DNA of 64,000 bases from an uncultured Planctomycetia bacterium (GTDB lineage Bacteria > Omnitrophota > Gorgyraeia > Gorgyraeales > Gorgyraeaceae): NCBI GenBank assembly GCA_964652265.1, contig CAZZAL010000001.1, forward strand, positions 37,783 to 101,782. The letters are read 5' to 3'. The position numbers and the translations under genes were made by a program. The stretch's first letter is position 1; each line of letters begins with the position of its first letter. This document shows positions 56,449 through 64,000 of this stretch, one piece after another. The notes below the pieces were generated by a model that ran no database searches, had not been told where the DNA came from, and worked only from the letters and a program-made list of their open reading frames with translations.

Positions 56449-57291
56449 CTATGTACAAATCTCCAGTGAAAAGTCAATTGAAGGAGCTGAATGGGTAAGA
56501 AAACCTACTGAAATCCTGTCCACGCCTGTTTTTGCGATCTTTGTTACATCCTCTAACCTGACTCCGCCCGAATACTCAAGTAAGGGCCTGGAGCCTTTCT
56601 TTTTCTTATTCAACTTGACTGCCTTCCTCAGGTCCTCTATTTTCATATTATCGAGCATTATAATATCTGCCCCGGCTTCCAAGGCTACTTTAAAATTATT
56701 CAGATCATCGACTTCTACTTCGATATCTTTATAGTGCCTGGCCTTTGCTTTTTTTATAGCGTCTTTCATGCTGCATAGCGCCAGATGGTTATCCTTGATC
56801 AAGACCTGATCCCATAATCCCATCCTGTGATTAAAACCTCCTCCGATCTTGACAGCGTATTTTTCCAGCTCCCTTAAACCAGGTATGGTTTTTCTCGTAT
56901 CAAAAATACTAGCCTTGGAACCCTTTAGTTTTTCTACAAAGCTACCCGTGAGTGTACTGATTCCTGAAAGCCTTGCCAGAAAATTCAAAGCGCTCCTTTC
57001 ACCTGTCAGGATGTTCCTGGCCGACCCTTTAAGGGAAGCTACTCTTTTGTTCTTCTTGAGCCTATCTCCGTCTTTGTGAAGCGGATTAAATATCATCCTT
57101 TCATCAAGGGTGTTAAAAACCCACTTTACAACATCGACTCCGCAAAGTATGCACGGCCCTTCTGCAATAATACTGGCAGTCACATTTATATCTTTTTCCA
57201 GGACTACCGCACCCGTGATATCTCCAGTGCCCATGTCTTCTTTCAGCGCGCTCATTATTATCGGAAGTGCCTTTTCCTTAGCAATCTTCAT
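56449..57291 (-). CDS. nadC: Quinolinate phosphoribosyltransferase
   Basis: ED...GDIT, DTRKT, NHRMGL, IKDNH, EVEV, MLDN, SGG. Confidence 0.96.
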   Translation of the reverse strand: MKIAKEKALPIIMSALKEDMGTGDITGAVVLEKDINVTASIIAEGPCILCGVDVVKWVFNTLDERMIFNPLHKDGDRLKKNKRVASLKGSARNILTGERSALNFLARLSGISTLTGSFVEKLKGSKASIFDTRKTIPGLRELEKYAVKIGGGFNHRMGLWDQVLIKDNHLALCSMKDAIKKAKARHYKDIEVEVDDLNNFKVALEAGADIIMLDNMKIEDLRKAVKLNKKKKGSRPLLEYSGGVRLEDVTKIAKTGVDRISVGFLTHSAPSIDFSLEICT

Positions 57292-59912
57292 AAGCTCTTG
57301 GCCGTCTCCTTTATCCTTTTTATCTGCTCTTTTAGTCTCACGCTCTTTTCCTTTTCCTGGCCAACGATCTTCTCAGGCGCCTTGTTGACAAAATTCTTAT
57401 CCTTCAGCCTTCTCTCGGTGAATCTCATCTGCTTCTGGAGATCACCCATCTTTTTATCAAGCCTTGCCTTCTCTGCACTTACATCTATAAGGCCTTCCAG
57501 CGGGATAAACACATTGTAGTCTTGGAGCACTGCTGTCGCAGAGGCTTTAGGTTTCCCCATCTTTTCATCTATTATGAAATCTCTGAGCCGCGCCAGATTT
57601 TTAATATAGTCGATACCGGCTGCTTCCAGGGCCTTACCTCCGCCTTTCTTCAAAGGCTTGAGATAGGCAGTAAACCTGGTGGAATACGGAATGTTCATAT
57701 CAGAGCGTATATTCCTTATGCTTACTATTATTGACCTTACTATATCCTGAGTTTTTTCTATATCCTTTTTTATAAGCGAGCTCTTTGTCTCAGGCCAGGC
57801 TTCGGTCATTATGCTTTCTCTTTCCATTATATTCTGCCACACTGCCTCTGTCACAAACGGCATAAATGGGTGTAGGAGCTTGAGCGAATCTTCTAAGACG
57901 TGTAACAATACCTTTTCTGAAACGCTATCCTTTTTACCTATTTCAGGCTTTATCATCTCCACATACCAGTCGCAAAAATCATGCCAGAAAAAGTCATATA
58001 CAATCGCCTCTGCCTCATTAAACCTGTATCCTTCGAGAGACTTAGTAACAGCTGCTATGGTGTTATTGAGCCTGCTTAATATCCATTTATCCGCCAGGGC
58101 CAGCTCATCATCCGCCGCACCTCGTCCCCCTACCTTGACATTCATCAATACAAAACGTGACGCGTTCCAGATCTTATTGGCAAAGTTCCTGCCAATCTGG
58201 AATTTTTCCTTGGAGAGAAAAACATCCTGGCCTGTCGCGGTTATGGCTATCATGCTGTACCTGAGGGCGTCTGCACCAAACTCATTGATGATATCTATAG
58301 GATCTATGATATTACCTAGTGATTTTGACATCTTCTTGCCTGTCAGGTCTCTTACTGTCCCGTGCAGGTACACATCCTTAAACGGTATCTTTCCTGTAAA
58401 TTCTATTCCAGCCATGATCATCCTTGCCACCCAGAAAAACAGGATCTCAGGCGCAGTAACCAAGACATCCGTAGGATAGAAATACTCGAGGCCTTTCCTC
58501 TTCTCAGGCCACCCAAGGGTCGAAAACGGCCATAGCCATGACGAAAACCATGTATCCAGGACATCTTCATCCTGATAGATGTCTTTGGATGAACATTCGG
58601 GACAGTTCTCAGGAGCTATCTTTGAAACAATCACCTCTCCGCATGCCTTACAATAATAGACAGGCAGGCGATGACCCCACCAGATCTGACGCGAGATGCA
58701 CCAGTCTCTGATATTTTCCATCCAGTCAAGATAGACCTTGGTCCATCTCTCTGGCGTAAACTTCAGTTTGCCTTTTTTTACTGCCTCGATAGCTGGCTTT
58801 GCCAGTTCCTTCATCCTGACAAACCACTGAAGCGACAGGTATAGTTCTATAACAGTATGACATCTATAACAATGGCTAACTGCATGACTATGCGTCTCTA
58901 TCTTTACCAGCAGTCCTTTTTCTTCCAGCTCTTTTAATATACCCTCGCGCGCCTTGAACCTGTCCATGCCTTTGTAGCGCCCTGCGTTCTCGTTCATAGT
59001 GGCATCAGGGTTCATCACTAAAACTGGCTCAAGATTATGCCTCTGGCCCATGCTAAAATCATTTGGATCATGCGCTGGAGTAACCTTGACCGCACCTGTG
59101 CCGAATTCCTTATCTACAAAGTCATCTTTGATGATCTCTATTTCACGTCCGATGATAGGAAGGATTAATTTCTTTCCGATGAATTTTTTATACTTCTTGT
59201 CTTTTGGATTTACCGCGACTGCAACATCACCCAGCATTGTCTCAGGTCTTGTCGTAGCCACCACCACGCCTTCGGCCTTAATAGCAGGATCCTTAAACGG
59301 ATATCTTATATAATAGAGCTTGCCTTCTGTATCCACATGCGGCGCTTCCTCGTCGGAAAGGGCTGTCTGGCACCGCGGGCACCAGTTGATAATATAGTTC
59401 CCCCTGTAGATAAATCCTCGTTTATGCAGCCTGATAAATGCCTCGAGCACTGCCTCTGAAAGCCCCTTATCCATTGTAAAACGCGTCCTGGCCCAATCAC
59501 ATGAAGAACCAAGCCTTTTAAGCTGCTGAATAATGGTATTTCCGTATTCCTCGCGCCACTTCCAGACCTCTTCTATAAACTTTTCTCTTCCTAGGTCGTC
59601 TCTCTTTTTATTTTGTTTTGCGAGCTTTTTCTCGACGACATTCTGCGTCGCAATACCAGCATGGTCAGTACCCGGTACCCATAGACTCGCAAAACCCTGC
59701 ATCCCCTTCCATCGGATCAGTATATCCTGCAGTGTATTGTTCAGCGCGTGGCCCATATGCAGGATCCCTGTGACATTTGGCGGGGGTATTACAATAGTAA
59801 ATGGCTTTTTGGAATCCGAGGGCTCCGCATGAAACAGGCCCTCTTTTTCCCATTTTACATATATTGCTTTTTCAAACTCTTGCGGGTTATATCTGGAAGG
59901 GATATCTTTCAT
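57288..59912 (-). CDS. valS: Valyl-tRNA synthetase
   Basis: PPPNVTGILHMGH, DWCISRQIWWGH, KMSKS, C-terminal coiled coil. Confidence 0.98.
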   Translation of the reverse strand: MKDIPSRYNPQEFEKAIYVKWEKEGLFHAEPSDSKKPFTIVIPPPNVTGILHMGHALNNTLQDILIRWKGMQGFASLWVPGTDHAGIATQNVVEKKLAKQNKKRDDLGREKFIEEVWKWREEYGNTIIQQLKRLGSSCDWARTRFTMDKGLSEAVLEAFIRLHKRGFIYRGNYIINWCPRCQTALSDEEAPHVDTEGKLYYIRYPFKDPAIKAEGVVVATTRPETMLGDVAVAVNPKDKKYKKFIGKKLILPIIGREIEIIKDDFVDKEFGTGAVKVTPAHDPNDFSMGQRHNLEPVLVMNPDATMNENAGRYKGMDRFKAREGILKELEEKGLLVKIETHSHAVSHCYRCHTVIELYLSLQWFVRMKELAKPAIEAVKKGKLKFTPERWTKVYLDWMENIRDWCISRQIWWGHRLPVYYCKACGEVIVSKIAPENCPECSSKDIYQDEDVLDTWFSSWLWPFSTLGWPEKRKGLEYFYPTDVLVTAPEILFFWVARMIMAGIEFTGKIPFKDVYLHGTVRDLTGKKMSKSLGNIIDPIDIINEFGADALRYSMIAITATGQDVFLSKEKFQIGRNFANKIWNASRFVLMNVKVGGRGAADDELALADKWILSRLNNTIAAVTKSLEGYRFNEAEAIVYDFFWHDFCDWYVEMIKPEIGKKDSVSEKVLLHVLEDSLKLLHPFMPFVTEAVWQNIMERESIMTEAWPETKSSLIKKDIEKTQDIVRSIIVSIRNIRSDMNIPYSTRFTAYLKPLKKGGGKALEAAGIDYIKNLARLRDFIIDEKMGKPKASATAVLQDYNVFIPLEGLIDVSAEKARLDKKMGDLQKQMRFTERRLKDKNFVNKAPEKIVGQEKEKSVRLKEQIKRIKETAKSL

Positions 59913-59935
59913 TGTAATTGAAAACTAACTTCGCT

Positions 59936-61504
59936 CTATTTATCCTTGTCTTTTAGAAGCTTGTATTCCACGCTATCGACAAGCGCCTGCCAGCTAGCCT
60001 CGATGACATTCTCAGACACACCGACCGTGCCCCATGAAGACTTTTCATCCTGCGACTGGATCAAAACGCGCACCTTTGCCGCAGTGCCTGCCTTTTCATC
60101 CAGCACCCTTACCTTAAAGTCAGAAAGATGCATATTGGCAAGTGTCGGATAAAATTTGTTCAGAGCCTTGCGTAATGCACTATCCAGCGCATTTACAGGA
60201 CCATCGCCTTCTGAAACAGTGTGTTCTTCTTTTCTGTTTACCTTCACCTTTACGGTTGCCTCTGAGATCAGGGTATTATCTGCTCTTTTCTCAATATTTA
60301 CATTAAAACCCTGCAGTGTAAAAAACGGCTTATGCTTTTTCAGCGCCTTTTTCATTAAAAGTTCGAAAGAGGCGTCTGCTGCCTCGAAATAATACCCCTG
60401 GTTCTCAAGATTCTGCACCAACCTCAAGATCTTCTTGGTCTGAGGGTCGTCTTTTGAGAGGTCCATCTCCATATCCTTGGCCTTTAAGATAATGCTTGTC
60501 TTGCCGCTCAGCTCAGAGATCAGTATCCTTCTGTGGTTTCCGATCACTTCAGGCTCCACATGTTCGTATGTCTGGGGATTTTTCATGACTGCATTGACAT
60601 GCACTCCGCCCTTATGGGCAAACGCGCTCCTGCCTACAAAAGGCTGATTGTCCTTCTGTCTCATATTAGAGATCTCGCTTACATAATGTGATACCTCTGT
60701 CATGTCTTTTAAGCTAGACTTCGAAAGGCAATGATATTTCATCTTTAACTGAAGATTCGGAATAACAACACACAGATCCGCATTGCCGCATCTTTCACCA
60801 TAACCATTAATGGTACCCTGTACTAGACTGCAGCCTGCCTCGACCGCTGCGATGCTATTGGCAACAGCCATGCCACTATCATTGTGCGTATGGATGCCTA
60901 AAGGTAGATCGAGCTCGCTGGAGATAGCCCTGACAATAGTCCCTAGTTCATGTGTGATCATCCCGCCGTTTGTATCGCACAGGACGATAGCGTCGCAGCC
61001 TCCCTTGACCGCAGCACGCAATGTCTCAAGCGCATAGTCCTTATTCCTCAGGTATCCGTCGAAAAAATGCTCCGCGTCATAAAAAACCTTCTTCTTCTTT
61101 GACTTCAGATATTCCACTGTCTCTGTGATCATGCTAAGGTTTTCCCGTAAGGATACTTTCAGCACATCAGTAACATGCATGTCCCATGTCTTTCCAAAGA
61201 TCGTGATTGCTTTTGTCTTTGCCCTAAGAATAGCCTTGAGATTAGCATCATTTGCAGGGCTCATCTTTGCCCTTCTCGTACTGCCAAATGCCACAACTTC
61301 AGAGTTTTTAAACCTAAACTTCGCAGCCTCTTTAAAAAACCCCATATCCTTTGGATTAGAGCCTGGCCATCCCCCTTCTATATAATGGATTCCAAGGGTA
61401 TTTAGTTTTTTCGCAATCTTGATTTTATCGGCTACGGAAAAGGAAATACCTTCTCCCTGTGAGCCATCCCTCAATGTTGTATCATAAACCTTGACTTGAT
61501 ACAT
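59936..61504 (-). CDS. cimA: Citramalate synthase (LeuA-like, bacterial CimA type)
   Basis: DTTLRDGSQGEG, EGGWPGSNPKD, DAEHFFDG, HTHND, FAHKGGVH; adjacent to lysC. Confidence 0.85.
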   Translation of the reverse strand: MYQVKVYDTTLRDGSQGEGISFSVADKIKIAKKLNTLGIHYIEGGWPGSNPKDMGFFKEAAKFRFKNSEVVAFGSTRRAKMSPANDANLKAILRAKTKAITIFGKTWDMHVTDVLKVSLRENLSMITETVEYLKSKKKKVFYDAEHFFDGYLRNKDYALETLRAAVKGGCDAIVLCDTNGGMITHELGTIVRAISSELDLPLGIHTHNDSGMAVANSIAAVEAGCSLVQGTINGYGERCGNADLCVVIPNLQLKMKYHCLSKSSLKDMTEVSHYVSEISNMRQKDNQPFVGRSAFAHKGGVHVNAVMKNPQTYEHVEPEVIGNHRRILISELSGKTSIILKAKDMEMDLSKDDPQTKKILRLVQNLENQGYYFEAADASFELLMKKALKKHKPFFTLQGFNVNIEKRADNTLISEATVKVKVNRKEEHTVSEGDGPVNALDSALRKALNKFYPTLANMHLSDFKVRVLDEKAGTAAKVRVLIQSQDEKSSWGTVGVSENVIEASWQALVDSVEYKLLKDKDK

Positions 61505-61541
61505 GAATTACTCCTTTGTAAAAATTACTCTATGTTCAGCC

Positions 61542-62765
61542 TTATTTCTTACTTAACTCAAATGCGTTGTGAAGCGCCCGGACAGCCTTTTCAGCATGCC
61601 TCTTATTTATAACACATGATATCTTTATCTCAGAGGTAGAGATCATACTTATGTTGACCTTCTTGGACGCCAGCGCCTCAAACATCTTTGCCGCCACGCC
61701 CGAGTGGCTCCTCATGCCAATTCCCACTATCGAGATCTTTGCGATGTCATTATTATAAGTCGCTCCTCTTGCCTTTACAGCCTTGACTATTTTACCCATC
61801 ACCTGTTTGGTCTTGTTTAATTCTGCAAGAGGCACAGTAAACGAGACATCTGTATATCCTGTGCGGCTTATATTCTGGATTATCATGTCAACGTTTATAC
61901 CTTTCTGGGCCAAGCGCTTGAAAATAACCGCTGCTATGCCAGGCCTGTCAGGCACGTCACAGATAGTAACCTTTGCCTCTCCTTTATTTACGGTAACGCC
62001 ACTAACAAGGACATCTTCCATTGCTCTAACCTCCTCGGAAATAATCGTACCTTCCTTATTACCAAAACTGGACCTTATATGTAAAGGAACAGAAAACTTT
62101 TTCGCCACCTCCATGGAACGCGCCTGCATGACCTGCGCTCCAAGTGATGCCAACTCAAGCATCTCTTCGTAACTTATGCATGAAAGTTTCCGAGCATCTC
62201 CTACAATGCGCGGATCCGCAGTATATACCCCATCCACATCCGTATAGATCTCGCACACCTTGGCCTTTAGAGTCTTTGCGAGCGCCACTGCTGTCATGTC
62301 TGAGCCGCCTCGGCCAAGCGTAGTAATCTCATTTTCAGAGTCTATCCCCTGGAACCCTGCAACTATGACGACCTTTCCTTTTTTTAATTCCTTTCTTATC
62401 CTGCCTGCGCTCACGTCCACTATCTTTGCTTTTGTGTGCGACCGGTCAGTCATGATACCAACCTGCGCACCTGTAAAAGAAATCGCGTCAACACCCATCT
62501 TATGCAATGCCATTGCCAGAAGCGCCACCGAGACCTGCTCTCCTGTAGATATGAGCATGTCTACTTCTCTTTCGCTGGGCATCGAGGTGATCTTATCAAC
62601 CAGCTTCAACAGTTCATCCGTAGTGTCTCCAAGCGCTGAAACCACCACCACGAGACTGTTGCCGCGCCTCTTGTATCTGGCGACTCTCTTTGCCACTGCC
62701 TTTATACGTTCTATATTGGCGACTGAAGAGCCACCGTATTTTTGTACAATCAAGGAGTTCCGCAC
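61542..62765 (-). CDS. lysC: Aspartate kinase
   Basis: VQKYGGSS, TLGRGGSD, TDVDG, two ACT domains ending STSEIKIS. Confidence 0.96.
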   Translation of the reverse strand: MRNSLIVQKYGGSSVANIERIKAVAKRVARYKRRGNSLVVVVSALGDTTDELLKLVDKITSMPSEREVDMLISTGEQVSVALLAMALHKMGVDAISFTGAQVGIMTDRSHTKAKIVDVSAGRIRKELKKGKVVIVAGFQGIDSENEITTLGRGGSDMTAVALAKTLKAKVCEIYTDVDGVYTADPRIVGDARKLSCISYEEMLELASLGAQVMQARSMEVAKKFSVPLHIRSSFGNKEGTIISEEVRAMEDVLVSGVTVNKGEAKVTICDVPDRPGIAAVIFKRLAQKGINVDMIIQNISRTGYTDVSFTVPLAELNKTKQVMGKIVKAVKARGATYNNDIAKISIVGIGMRSHSGVAAKMFEALASKKVNISMISTSEIKISCVINKRHAEKAVRALHNAFELSKK

Positions 62766-64000
62766 TTTAATCTCCGCCTTTTTATCGACGACAAAACATC
62801 AATTATCATCATATAGCACAATATTATCAATGCTACGGACACACCTGCGAGCAAGATTTCATTATTTTTTATAAAGCTGACGAGCTGATACAAAAGCGCG
62901 CCTATTGAAGTAATGAGCATAAAAACAGCTGGGAAAAACGTAAACCGCGTGCTCTTTCCCCTACACAAAAGCCAGCTTGAGACAACAACAAAAGTAAGCG
63001 CTGCGACCAGCTGGTTAGAGGCGCCAAACATGGGCCAGATCTCGCTCCATTTGCCGCTCAAAGCCAGCACTCCACTCGTAGATACTACCACAAACGTGGC
63101 AAAGAATCTATTCTTAATTTTAAAAAGTTCCTCGGACAAGTACCTGCATATCCTTGTCGCTGTATCTAACGTAGTAAGGATAAACGCGTTGAGTATCATT
63201 ATTGCTACCAGATTACCTTTGTCAAAAAGTATCGGAGCAGCTAAAACCCCATAGCCTTTTCCAAACGCGCCTATTGGGCCAGGACCTCCTTTTGAAAGCA
63301 TGGTCTCCAGTCCACTGGCACTAAGTCCTGCAGAGACTGCTAAAAGCGCCATCACAGCCAAAACCGCCTCGAGCACCATGCCGCCATAACCTATGCGCTT
63401 GGCAAAGCGTTCGTTATCCAATTGCTTTGATGTCGTGCCGCTCGAGACCAGGGCATGAAAGCCTGAATTCGCGCCGCACGCTACTGTTACAAAAAGCATT
63501 GGCCAGAGCCAGTCATGGCCCTGGGTATTCCAGCCGCTAAAAGAAGCGACATTCACCAGGGGACGCGTCACCATGATACCTATAAACCCGACTGCTATAC
63601 CAAAATATAAAAGAAAGCTTGAGATATAGTCGCGCGGCTGCAAAAGTATCTGCACTGGGGTAACAGAAGCTAAAAAGGCGTAAACCAAAAGTATGATGCT
63701 CCATATTAAAAACGCGTTTTGCCCCAGATCAACAGGAAAACTCCCACCAAGAAAAACACATACCAGTAAAAGTCCGAGCCCTATCGCAGTCGCCAAAAAC
63801 ATATTCGTGCGTAACCTGTAAAGCATAAAACCTACCACGAGCGCCACGCCTATGAGTCCGAAACAAGGTACTACTGTCTTTGGCTCTGCAGTCAATGTCT
63901 TTGCGCATATAGAGACAAAGACCGCTATAACCAAAATAAGCGCAAGCCACACAAACCCCAGAAAGATCAGCTTTGCCCTTCTGGAAATCACGCTCTCCGC
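62750..64000 (-). CDS. cstA: Carbon starvation protein A family transporter (5' end beyond the window)
   Basis: LLQPRDY, VACGANSGFHALVSSGTT, GYGGM..E, TTLDTATR, WPMFGASNQL; the frame is open to the window edge. Confidence 0.92.
   Translation of the reverse strand, partial: AESVISRRAKLIFLGFVWLALILVIAVFVSICAKTLTAEPKTVVPCFGLIGVALVVGFMLYRLRTNMFLATAIGLGLLLVCVFLGGSFPVDLGQNAFLIWSIILLVYAFLASVTPVQILLQPRDYISSFLLYFGIAVGFIGIMVTRPLVNVASFSGWNTQGHDWLWPMLFVTVACGANSGFHALVSSGTTSKQLDNERFAKRIGYGGMVLEAVLAVMALLAVSAGLSASGLETMLSKGGPGPIGAFGKGYGVLAAPILFDKGNLVAIMILNAFILTTLDTATRICRYLSEELFKIKNRFFATFVVVSTSGVLALSGKWSEIWPMFGASNQLVAALTFVVVSSWLLCRGKSTRFTFFPAVFMLITSIGALLYQLVSFIKNNEILLAGVSVALIILCYMMIIDVLSSIKRRRLKCGTP

Overview
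A 64-kb, almost gap-free core-genome segment from a bacterium. It is probably an anaerobe of the PVC group, such as Candidatus Omnitrophota; this is inferred from the absence of uL30 in the spc cluster, an RpoB '[16 protein letters not shown]' motif, NfnAB and CdaA. Every credible gene is on the minus strand. In transcription order (right to left): cstA (partial)-lysC-cimA-valS-nadC-uvrB-birA-coaX-nfnAB-mnmA-larE-like-tRNA-Met-tilS | ftsH-folP-cdaA-mini-CdaR-pdxJ-acpS-nnrD-tRNA-Tyr/Gly/Thr-mgtE | tRNA-Thr-tuf-rpmG-tRNA-Trp-secE-nusG-rplKAJL-rpoBC-str-S10-spc-alpha superoperon-aminotransferase-leuC/hacA-like-pilT-leuD/hacB-like-icd-mdh-lpdA-nadD (partial). I saw no mobile element, CRISPR array, rRNA or defence island. 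The best candidates for novelty are: (1) bL17 with an ~85-aa Lys/Pro/Glu linker ending in a MinD-like amphipathic motif (GFFKRLFG), a possible ribosome-membrane tether; (2) a pilT ATPase wedged between the two subunits of a LeuCD/HacAB-type hydratase within an icd-mdh-lpdA cluster; (3) nnrD running into tRNA-Tyr, with its stop codon in the anticodon loop, plus other tRNA-punctuated, SD-less genes; (4) two tuf copies whose identity extends into the start codons of their different downstream genes; (5) a CdaR reduced to its membrane anchor, with no glmM after it. All functional interpretations are hypotheses from reading the sequence; no searches were run.
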